Positions 1-12,000 of a stretch of 64,000 nucleotides of DNA are shown in pieces. A program made the translations under genes and the position numbers. Position 1 is the stretch's first letter. Every line of letters begins with the position of its first letter. The DNA lies in assembly GCA_040954595.2 (NCBI GenBank), contig CM082580.2:11856909-11920908 (forward strand), given 5' to 3'. The stretch comes from Balanoglossus misakiensis (Eukaryota > Animalia > Hemichordata). Below the pieces are notes generated by a model. The model did not search any database and was not told where the DNA came from. It worked only from the letters and a program-made list of their open reading frames with translations.

Positions 1-536
1 TACACTTTTAGAGAGCATACATTTTATTTGTGTAGATACAAATTTATTATTGTGGGTTAACATTAACAATGTACATGAAATCATTTCTTCATCTCCATTG
101 TTGTGTTTAGTTTTGTGTGTAAATTGTAAATCATGATTTTAGGAATGATGCTAATTTCAGGAAAAGTGATGGAAACCCATATTTTATCTGTGCCAGTATT
201 ATCTCTGGAATAAAATTATTATTATGGATTTTTTATTGTCATCATTGTTTTATCTTGGACGGGATGAACATAAGAGTATAAACCCTTTGCATCCTGACTG
301 GTCCATTGATGACTTGTGACATATTTGAAAGTTTTCTTCCAAAGCCACAGCATTGGCATTCTTATAAACCTATTTTGCGATAATGTCAAATGTCACTGAG
401 CTGTCAACTCAGGCATTGAAAACAAACTTTTTTCATAGATGGCTGGCAACATTTTTTGGTAAAAAATCCCCCCAGCCTCCCCTCCCCGCCAGATATCAAA
501 TGACCCACCCCTTAGAAACGCCCTAAAACTGACATC

Positions 537-3500
537 ATGGCTGAACGACACAAGGTAGGTCGTTTAGTTAATGATTATGAGGTGCACTGGTAAAGGTAAT
601 GTTTGCAGATTACGGTATCACTATCAGGATGTACTTCAGTATCATAGATATAGATAGTCAAGACCCTGGAGCGGTTTTAATTGTTACCATACTCCGTAGC
701 TACTAAGCTTACCACACCCTCGGTGCCAGTAGAGCCAGTTGCTTGGGTACTATTGGCCGTTCGATCGAGGCGGCCGCAGCTCGCAGTGCAGGTCGAGCCG
801 CAGTACCACTGTAGTAGTGGTGTAGTAAGAAAGGCCACCACTCAACTCGACCAGTAGATGGCAGTACCATCTCAAGTTTTGCCTGATAGGCCTATATTGT
901 GTGTGGACGGCAAACCAGAGCTGCAACCACAAGGTCGCTGAACTGGATTCCGTTCACGCACTTAGGAACCCGTTTTCTGCGCGTCTGACATTCCTTTCCT
1001 CGTCAGTTTGCCTTCTAGTTCTGATCCAGTTTGCAAAACTGGATCAGAACTGTCGAAAGAATGTCACTAGTTGACGAGATCACCGGTTTTCTCTGTGTAT
1101 ATTCGCCAAGAGTGTTATGTCATTCAATTCAAAGATTGACTGACAGCTAGGTCTGTGCCTCATGCACGGACGTCCATGCTCACACTAAAGCTATTGCCGT
1201 AAAGAGGCCTGTGGTTTTACGACGATGCATGAACAGCGCAAAAAAGGCTCGCGTACAAAACGCAGCTCACAAAGTCTGCGTGTGACGCGTCCTGTAACAT
1301 TTTTATAAATAAATTGAAATTGTTGTTCAGCTGAGTAGCTCAGACTACCTAATAAAGCCGTTAATCTAATAATGCATTTATGAAAAAAAAAGTGAAGACT
1401 ATAGACCTACTTCAATTTTTCTTTCGTAAGTACAAAACTGGATTATTTTGTACCTATTTTTGTAATCAAGTTTAGAGTAATGCTGAATATAATCTTACCC
1501 AGGATGACAAGGCTGGACTACTGGAAAGACTGGCTTCAGGGCGTCCAGTCATCGGTGATGGTGGCTACGTGTTTGCATTGGAGAAACGCGGTTACGTCAG
1601 AGCCGGTCCGTGGACTTCAGAAGCGTCAGTAGAGCACCCGGATGCCAGTGAGTTTTCAATTTGGGTTCACCTCTGATTGTGTGTATGTGTTTGTTTGTTT
1701 GTTTGTTTTGTCATTTCATGTGGTGACATAGACAACAAACAATTAGTGCAATCTTTCCACGTACAAGAAAAGGATTCATCGTCAGTCTGAAATTTTCGAT
1801 AACTTTCTGAGACGTAGGGCCTAAGCCATGGTAAAACAAGCTAAACATATTTTTGGTATGTTAACTAATTAATTAGTTAATATCGATAAATATTGTCGCC
1901 ATTTGTTTTGTGTTCGGTGAAATCATGATACCTACAGTCAGACAGCTGAGCCGCGAATTCGTCCGAGCTGGCGCTGATGTGGTGCAGGCGTTTACATTTT
2001 ACTCAACTGATGATAAACTCCAACACAAGGGTAGTTCAGAAGTTGGCAACATCACGACTAAAATTACTGTAAGTACATTTATGAAAACATCTGATAAATT
2101 ATCACTAGCTCAATGGTAATAATAAAAAAGAACTTGGGGAAAATTTATTAAAGCTTAGTTTAATGAATGTAAAATTTGGTGGGCAGGTTTACATATAAAT
2201 TTGAGGCAATGTAAGCGATTTTATTATGTTATATTTATGTCGACATATGTTGTGTTTTACCACAAAGCATTAACATCTCTTGACAGAGTGAACAACTGAA
2301 CAGATCGGCCTGTGATATTGCAAGACAGGTTGCTGACGAAGGCAATGCTTTGGTTTGCGGAGGAATATCACCAACCCCTAGTTACACAGAGGGGAAAGGC
2401 AAAGAAATAGTGCAAGCGGAGTTTCAAAATCAATGTCGCATTTTTATCGAAAAAGACGTGGACTTCCTTCTTGCAGAGGTATCGGCGATATCACCACAGT
2501 TCTTACGTTCCATTCGGGTGTTTGATACCTGATTATTCGGCACTTTCTCCCAATTTATTTTGCATCTGACAGAGAGATGTATACAGTCAAAGACCGATGC
2601 ATTTATTTATGTACATCTCAAAACATTTTTTCCCCTTTTTTAAGTTTTTCGCCGCCGTTGAGGAACTGGAATGGGGAGTGGAGATCTTGAAAGCCACCGG
2701 GAAACCCGTCGCTGCAACCATGAGGTTAGGTCCAATGGGAGATGTGAATGGCGTTAGCATTGGGGCGTGCGCAGTCAGGATGGCAAAAGCAGGTAGACAC
2801 CAGTAGCAGTATTGAGCAGTTATACAAATAAGTGAGAGGGGGAGGGAGGGGAGGGGGGGTTGCCAAGAGTGAGACACTTGCAACACAAATACACAGGGCA
2901 GTGGTCTTTGTGACATAACCATTTGTGATGTCGAACATCAGTTATCATGCCAGTAAAATACAGTAAGCTTTGACATACAATTTGCGTTTATAGGCTGAAT
3001 ATTTTGGTTTCAACACACTTCTGGGGTAGGATAGTAAATTACGATACACATGAAAATGTTGAGAAAATATCCTTTGGGACTTATTTTAGAGGTTGGTTGT
3101 TAGTTACTGAAAGCAATGAACCAAAAAATGACAAAACTATCCTTCAGGATGTGACGTCATCGGAGTTAACTGTCTCTATGATCCGGATACATGTATTCGC
3201 ACGATGACACTGATGAAGAAAGCCTTGCAGGCCGAAGGACTCAATCCCTACCTGATGGCACAACCGCTTGGATTCCACACACAAGAAGTTAACGAAAACA
3301 AAGATGGGTATATGGCATTACCCGAATTTCCCCTGGGTTTGTTAACCATATTCATGCTACGATGTATACATAGACGTTCACAAAATTCAGTTTGAATAGC
3401 TTTCGCAACCAAAAGGAAATCAAGAAATGTTTGTGAAATATCTGTGCATTGCATGAACGTTCTTTTCGACCCACCAACACAGACATGTCTGTTTTCTTCC

Positions 3501-4182
3501 AGCAATGGAGTCCCGTGTAATAAGCCGTGCGGATGTACACAAATTTGCTCGTGAAGCTCACGACTTGGGTGTGCACTACATTGGCGGATGTTGCGGGTTT
3601 GAGGCTTATCACATCAGAGCCATCGCGGAGGAGGTAGACGCCATATTGATTTTAATCACGAATTGAACAGAGTGTTTACAAAGGAAAATTATAAGTTCTA
3701 TCATGGACTGAATCGCAATGTAACTTGGTTTCAGTCGTTACACTTGTTTTGATTGGTTAAGATTTGTATCTTGGTAAGCGTTATATTGTCGTGTGCATAA
3801 TCTTGTGTCTGCATGAAAAGAGCATGAACCAGATTGTTACTTAGGCTAAAAACAGTCCACACATTTGCTATACATTTCAGCTCGCTCCAGAAAGAGGATT
3901 TAGACCGCCAGGGCACAACAAGAACGCCCTTTGGGGTGATTCTTTGGCAGAAAGTACTGCTGTGTCTGATGGTGGAATAAAGTGAGTGGTATAATTTTGT
4001 TTATTTGGATCTAAAGTTTTACCCACCAAACCTTTGCATTTCACAAATCTTTTAAAACGTTTACCAGCCTAAGCTTATTTTCGGTCTTCCTTCATGTCAA
4101 CAGATCCAACAGGGAATATTGGGCAAACTTGAAACCAGCCTCAGGCCGTGCTGACGCACCAGCTCTTGCTGCAGTACCATAG
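537..4182 (+). CDS. BHMT: Betaine/S-methylmethionine-homocysteine S-methyltransferase family protein, copy A (9 coding exons)
   Basis: Phase-consistent exons 537-554, 1503-1647, 1938-2068, 2287-2478, 2645-2792, 3148-3336, 3503-3633, 3881-3981, 4104-4182. Translation [47 protein letters not shown]...GVNC...LPEFPL...[25 protein letters not shown]...[11 protein letters not shown]...AVP*. Zn ligands GVNC and GGCC are intact; AATAAA at 4263-4268. The short first exon is the least certain part. Confidence 0.95.
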
Positions 4183-4788
4183 TTCACCCGAAAAAAAGGA
4201 CAATGACATATTTATATTATATATATATAGTTTCTGTTAGTAATCACTTGTCAGGTGACGGCAATAAAACATATATAACAAGAATGTCCTCATGTTCCTT
4301 GTTATCGATTGATTGATTTGAATGACTTGTCAACTATGCTCGTGATTGAAGTTCCAGCGTTTCCGTTAAAAGCCGCCAGCTGGCAAACTGTGCAGGCTGT
4401 ATACAAAGGCACGATAGTTGGAATATCGTGTACGGACGCATGAACAAGTCCGCAAACACAGCTGATTTCCAAAGGTGGTTGACCTCTATTTACATATCTG
4501 GGGTAAACATTCTGACCCTTGTCCACAGCATAAGGTCACTGCAGCTGTTTATTAATAATTGCCTTAAAGAAGAGCATACATTCGCTTGAAAATAATGAGC
4601 ATTTTATGCACATTTCGTACGTACTTAGGCCTACGGAATTTTGTTGTTGTTGGAATATTCAAGTGTAGTTTGTGCGGTTTCAGTTACTTTTCCCCCACTG
4701 TTGAGATGCTGACCTACGGACACCGCCGTCACATTTTCCCCCATAATCCTCTTGAATAATCACGCACAGTCTTTTTAAGGGTCCTAAC

Positions 4789-7700
4789 ATGCAGACGTCG
4801 ATCTCAGCTGGCGCGAGACGCTACCTGTATTTCGCAGTTGTGCGAAAGCACACGCCTGTACTGAACTGTTGTTTTGTAAATGCATTGACTCACCATCAGA
4901 AACGGTTTGCTTCTAACACAGGGAACACCGACAGTGTACACGGAAATAAGGTTAGTAGTTTTAAAAAGTGACATAGTCATTCTCTATCGGTTCATTGATA
5001 CCATAGCGGACCTTGGAGTGCAAGGAACCAGGTCTTATTACCATTGTTCCCAACGTTCAGTGCTGTTGTCCAGCTGTCATCGTTATGCAACTTGCCTCTC
5101 ATCCCTCCAGAGCAGTCCGTCTATCTGCTCATTAGTGTGATTTTGTGGCGTTTACTGTGAACACAAGCTGACAATTTCTAGTCAAAGTGTAATATATACT
5201 GCCAGCATTAAACTTACTTGAATTCATATCTATTCGTAATCAGGTGACAAACTGTTTGCACGTCATATTTACATAGTATGTGCAGATAAAATATATGAAG
5301 TGCAACAGATAACGCAAGGCATTGGGAACCCTCAGCTTATGTTGATGAATAAATGTACTATACGAAATTGCTTCCTTCATGAGTAAATATAAATATTCCT
5401 AAACTTTCTCAATTAACGGTGATACATTTCTTGTCGATCATGAACTTGGTTTCAATCCGAGATTTGAATGCAATTCTGAGGTGTACTGAATCAGAGCCAA
5501 GAGCCCCATGCAACAAGATTGTCTAATTCGTGTTGAACTCACGTGCTGAAAGGGTATGTAAATACTGCCACTGAACACCTGGTTAACCATTACTTCTGAT
5601 TGACAGGCTGGGAAGAAACGTGGCATCATCGAAAGACTAGCGTCTGGTCGCCCTGTCGTCGGCGACGGCAGTTTTGTGTTCACGCTTGAAAAGCGAGGTT
5701 ACGTCAAGGTGGGGCCTTTCACCTCGGAGGCTTCCATTCAGTATCCCGATGCAGGTACGCTTGCCGAGTTTTGTGTGACGTCAGAGAGACCAGAAACTCT
5801 GCTTTGCGAGAGGGCGGCTTCACAAAAACCCTCGAGGGGGTTACTAGTCCTATTTGAGGGGAACTTGAAAGCGTTGACAACATTATAATCAGTTTGTATT
5901 TCTGCAAAAATGTCCAAAAAAACCCACATCTGTCCTAAAGACACACACTGACTGGTGTCTGTTTGTGTCTTCAGGATTTACATTCCGCAAGCATTTGCTG
6001 TTACCTCCCCGTTCCCTAATTTATGTGTATATCGATGACGCTGTCCTTTGCTTGCAGTCCGACAGTTGAGTCGCGAATTCTTGCGAGCCGGTGCTGACGT
6101 CATCCAGGCGTTTACCTTCTACTCGACCGATGACAAACTGCAGTATCGGGGAAGCTCGGAAAGAAGCACCGCCGACGACGTCAAGATCACGGTGAGATAG
6201 AGGTTTTGTACAAATGCATCGAATAAAACAATTACTAGTATTAGATTGACAGTGTCAGATACAACATTTCCACTGTTGTAAATTCAAATGATGTTAGTCA
6301 TGTTAGAAAATCCCAACAGCAATCTTATTTGGAACTTTTATCATACTGCCTCCACTGACAGAGCGACCAACTGAACAGAGCGGCGTGTGACATTGCCAAA
6401 GAAGTTGCCGCTGAGGGCGACGCCCTAGTGGTAGGCGGAATTTCCCCAACTCCTTCTTACCACGAGGGCGAAGGCAAAGATGTTGTTCAGAAAGAATTCG
6501 AAAAACAGTGCAAAGTTTTTGTGGAAAAGGATGTCGACTTTTTGTTGGCCGAGGTTAGTAAAATCGCCATGTTGCTTCTATTCTGTCGATTTTGGAAATC
6601 GGTGCCTTGAACAACTGCAAGTACCAACCCATTCAAAGATTTGGTTGATCCGAACCTGAGTGTGAGTAATGAAAGACTACTCAGCTGTCTCTGCGTGGGA
6701 GGGTTGTGTGTCTTACGGCGATTCCTTAACCATTTTGGATCTATGCAAGTCAAAGTAGCATACCGAAATAAGTAGTTGTTACTATAACGTGTGTTGCTGA
6801 ATGCACTGATCCCAAGATTCTCGTGTAACTTTACCTGCATCTGTATAGTTCTTTGGCCAAGTCGAAGAAATCGAGTGGGGAATTGAAGTTATGAAGCACA
6901 CGGGGAAACCAGTGGCGGCCACTATGAGGATCTGTCCACGTGGTGATTCCAACGGTGTCAGCGCTGGAGAGTGCGCAGTCAGAATGGCTCAAGCAGGTAG
7001 GTCAAAGTTCAAATTTCCAGGGAAGAACTTTTTTCTCCTGGTATTTTTCTCACAGAATTTCCTTCAAAGGATTTTCTACGAATATAAGTTTGTTTTATTC
7101 CATTTTGCACGTGTACTCGCGTTTATAAAGAGAAGAAATATACAATAAACACTCTCGTTTACTGTTTTCCCCAGGTGCTGATATCATTGGTGTGAACTGT
7201 CTGTACGATCCGGACACATCCCTTGCCACCATGAAACTGATGAAGAGTGCTTTGGAAAAAGCTGATTTGAACCCGTATCTCATGGTCCAACCTTTGGGGT
7301 TCCACACCCAGGAAGTGAACGATGATGTCTTGGGATACTTGAATCTGCCGGAATTTCCTCTGGGTATTTCTCTCTTTAAGTTAAATGCGTCCTGGGTTCA
7401 CCATATCCAAGGAGTTTATGGGAGATGTGTCCGTCAGGAAATTTTGGGGGTCCTTACAATTGCATTTTGTTTTTAAGTTTTTGGTTAAGCGGTGCGATGA
7501 CATTTTACAGTGACCGTCTCCTTTCATTATATTATTATTCCGACATAGATTTAATTTGTATATAATTTCTTGTATTTATCCCTCCAGCTATGGAAACTCG
7601 TCTGATCAATCGTATAGAAGCTCACAGATTCGCTCGCGAAGCCTATGAATTGGGAATACATTACATCGGCGGATGCTGCGGTTTCGAACCTTACCACATC

Positions 7701-8189
7701 AGAGCAATTGCTGAAGAGGTGATCAGTCATTTTTGTAGAATGGTGTTTCAATGGGCGACAGCTACCGGCTAAGCTAAAAGTCACTACACAACAAGGCACA
7801 GTGACCTGCAGATTCTTGCTATCACTCTGGTTCACACTTAAATGACTGGTATGGTTATTTTTCACAGTTGGCGCAAGAACGTGGTGGAGTGTTGCCTCCA
7901 GGCAGTGACAAGGGCTCCGAATGGGGAGAGCACATGCGCATGAGCTCCTACAAAATGATGCATTCACGGTAGGTATTATTACGTCACTGGTCTATGATTA
8001 TTACGTCGACGGCCTACTAATCTCCAGCTTTTGGCCGATACATCACCTTTGTTAAAAATAATTAGGCAGTGGTTGACACTTCTAAACACATGTTTATCTA
8101 TTCTCCGCAGAAGTACCAAGGAATACTGGATGAAGCTGAAACCTGCCGCGGGAAGATCTGATGTGCTCCCACTTTCCAAGATTAACTGA
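4789..8189 (+). CDS. BHMT: BHMT-family methyltransferase, copy B (tandem paralog, 9 coding exons, N-terminal extension)
   Basis: Exons 4789-4950 (inferred first exon, phase-0 donor gttagt), 5607-5754, 6058-6191, 6362-6553, 6849-6996, 7175-7363, 7588-7718, 7868-7968, 8111-8189. Intron positions match copy A. Motifs [35 protein letters not shown]; ends PLSKIN*; AATAAA at 8219-8224. Confidence 0.94.
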
Positions 8190-9030
8190 TGTTCAAAGTA
8201 GCTGGACATAATAGCTGCAATAAAGTGTACACATTTATAGCGACACCGAATTCTTGAATCTGACTGGACTGTCACAGTGAGCTGACGTTGAGAATGATGC
8301 ATCACTTTTAATTTATTTACAGCTATTGCAAAGGTCGATAATCACACACATAGCAATAAAAAACCATAAATCAGTCATTATTAACGGTACACCCATAATA
8401 TATAGACTTTTAATGAAACGTGAACTTGGAGACTTATGGCTGTTGTTGGCATGCAGTCGTTATTCTTGTACATTTGTGTCATGCACATAACACGTATAGT
8501 GCTCCAACAGAAACGACAAACAGATGTAGACAGGCACAAACTGCTTCCGTGTATGAACACGGACGCTAAAATATGGACAAGGAATGTGTATATATATTTC
8601 CTTCTTTCACACGCGACAACGATATTTGACATAGTTACTCCACGCGATAAAAAAAAACCCACAAAAATATGAAACAACTGCGTAGTATCTTGGGTAGAAT
8701 AAGTTCTCGGTATCAACTTCATGTTCTTGATGAACTCCCACGAGCATAATGTCCATCATTAATATATGTTCATTCAGCATAAAACATTTGGCAAAAATTA
8801 AAGCCGGGATTTAAAATTATTTTGTCAACAGCAACAATCATCGTTTCAAATATACAGCATATACGTGATAGGCAGAAGATATATGTAGAGAAAAAGAAAC
8901 ACATAGAAGAGAAGATAAACGTTGAAGCTATTAGTGCTTCAAACAGCCTTATGACATAGATAATATGAGATACTGAATACTAGCCATGTGCTGGAAATCC
9001 GTGTTTCGGTTGCGTGGAGAGTTTGGATGT

Positions 9031-12000
9031 TTACATCCCTGTTGTGATTCGTATCTTGTCTTCGAAAAGAGACAACAAGAGAATGATAGTGAAGCCAACC
9101 AAGAATCCGATGTTTTGGAAGATGAAGATGGTCCATTGTCTCTGTCGATGTGGTCTCATCAACTCTGGCATCTGCAAAACACATGAATAGCTGGTTTCTG
9201 ATTGCATCGCCGTATGTTAATCAGTCATTGGTCTACGAGCGACTGATTCAACAGGTGGTTGACAGATGTACAGGAGGACCGATCGATGAATTGGTCAATA
9301 TCGAAGTGATTTTATTTAGAAGACAAAATGGTGGCGACTTCTATCAGCTTCAAGAACAAGACGTGGCGTTTAAAAAAATTAAGATTTAAACAAACAACGT
9401 CATCTCTTACCATATCGACCAAAGCCACGTAGAGAAACATGCCGGCTGTCATGGCCAAAATCCAGGAAGATGCTCCTTCTACACTGCCAACGGCAAGTCC
9501 AATGTACAGGCCAATAAACCCACAGCACGCACAGAAAAAGTTCCATCCCAGCGCCACCTTGTAACTTAAACCAGTAGACACCAGCATGGCAAAGTCACCT
9601 GGATAAGAATCACAAGAAAACTAGTTATTGCCAATTATATTGTCCCCGCGTAGTGTCTAATTTACCCCTCGACCCATCTCTTCAGACGTGCAAAGGTGTC
9701 CGTTCTCGAGTGCAGTGGAGTATACTTACCCAATTCATGTGGCAGTTCGTGGCACAGCACTGCAATAGCGGTGGAGATCCCGGATGCAGCGTCGATGCAA
9801 AAGGCGGCGCCGATGGCCATTCCGTCGGCCATGTTGTGGAAAGCGTCTCCCACGATGATCATGACAGCCACACTGTTAAGCTCTGTAACAAACCATGACA
9901 ACTGTTGTCAGAGTAACTCTTCAATATGCAACGGCGTTGTCAGGTGAATACACGTCATCAGTTGGCCGGGGAACATGTCCCACCACCTCATTGCTTCCAC
10001 ATAAACGACGAAAATACGAACAAGTAAATTTCACTTTATGTACCAGTTTACGACTCGTACACTCTGGTACCCCCACCCTTTTGAGCAAAAAAAACGTGAG
10101 CAATAATAAAAGAGCTATAAAAATTATATTTACTGAAGAATGACGATTTCTTCTTATTGTCATCTTCTACAACATGAGCATTTCCGTTTTCGACCGTGTC
10201 GGATTGCTCCGCCTCAGTCTGCGAATGGAAAGAGAGAAAGACAAATTATTTCAAGCGCAGTACATCAACGTCGTCTATCCCACCTGCCCTTCAAGTGACG
10301 CAATAATCGTCGGTGTATCGGAATACCTCGTATGATACACCTTGCAGAATGCAGACCATACAAGATGGACACGTTTGAAGATTCCACGATTAACAAACGT
10401 GATTCAATTCAACTCAACTCACCAAATGTGTTTTGGAAGCCGATGCCGTCATTTCGTTTGCATTGCCGTTTATCTTTTCTGATGTCTGAGGTTTCATTGT
10501 GTGAGAGTGGCCATGAGTGAACACTTCACCTTCGTCGCCAGAGATCTTCGAACGCATGAAATAAAAAAACATGTAAGTAACATTCATACTAAGTGCCAAG
10601 TCGCTATACTCTGGGGGACTTGCTTTAGGTTTGACAACACAGTGCACGTGGTTCTGAATACATGTATATAACCAGTACGAGAGAACTTAAAACATCCTGC
10701 ATTTACACGTATAAGTTTAGAACACTTTGAAGTGTGTTGTTTACCTTCCGTTTATTAAATCTCTGGGAGATGAGAGTCATGGTCCGTTCAAGAACAAAGA
10801 AGCAATAAATTGATGCCATGACAACGGTCATTTTCCACAAGAAGGTCAGGTCTTCACCCTCGTGACTGGCGGCATCAGTGTGTCCGTGTAAATCTAGGGA
10901 CTATGGGAAACAAGAAAAGAGTAGGACAACAATGTGAGAGGCACAGAGCGAATACATTGGTCGAGGAATACGAATCTAATCTAACAAAGTGTGAGAACAC
11001 TACAAAAATTGGATTAAAAGATTTATTACAGAGTAAAATTGTTAACAAATCGACTTACATGGGGTATGAGATGAAGCATTGCATCTGTTGTCATGGTACC
11101 CACAGCCAAAGCCGTCAGAGTTTGCATCACGATGTCATAAGCTTTCTCATTGGCCAACGGTATGACGAGTATGCCCAAAATGGCCAGTAGACTGATGAGC
11201 AGAACTGTGAGTGTTCCCCACAAATACACTGTAAAAAACACAAAGAATGGTAAAATCAGATTAACTGGGTAGACTCATATTTATAGATTAGATAATAGAC
11301 TCTTTCCAAAAGGAATCTCTTACTCTGCCAAGAAGCCGGCGTGACTATTTCCGCCGCCACCACGCATGCGTCTGAAACAATCTGTTGGACAAACGACGGG
11401 CACATCTCAATAAACGTCTTCTCGTCGATTCCGAGTGTCATGTCAATGCCGTAAATATGCAGAATTTCATCACCATCGAAACACTAAATAGGGTACAAGG
11501 AAAAGAAGCGTTAAAAAGTCTCGCATTCGTTAAGAAAAACGACGGAAACACAATGTTGTACATGTACCATGGCATTAGCAGATGCTTTTATTTCTACACT
11601 TCTCACCTCCTCCACTGATAAACTATGGTCATGGCTATCTTCCGCTGCTCTCTTTGATCTCGATGACCTCCACTGACCAGGTTGAACTTGGCCTGGGTAC
11701 GGTAGTGATTGGAAGGTATCCTTGGTTACGCTTCTCTTATGAATATGGCCGCCGTCACTGTGGCCACTTTCGCCGTGGCCGATGTTCATTTTCTCTAACA
11801 TTCTTCCGTATGCTACAAAAACACAAGGGAAAGAGAAATTTTAGAATCCGCTTGTCATCATCAGATTTGCTTACAGTTCCTTAAAGATAAGCTAAAGCAG
11901 ATACTCGGAAATTATTTGAAATACGGTCCACTGTAACTTGAATTATTTTTTCTTGTCCGCGTGTGATCTAATAATTTGCATTGCCATGCCTACCATATTT

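Noticed and set aside
960-1010. Hammerhead ribozyme core on the minus strand (CTGACGA-G-GAAA)
   Set aside because: Only one base separates CUGANGA and GAAA, so there is no stem II, and I could not build stems I and III.
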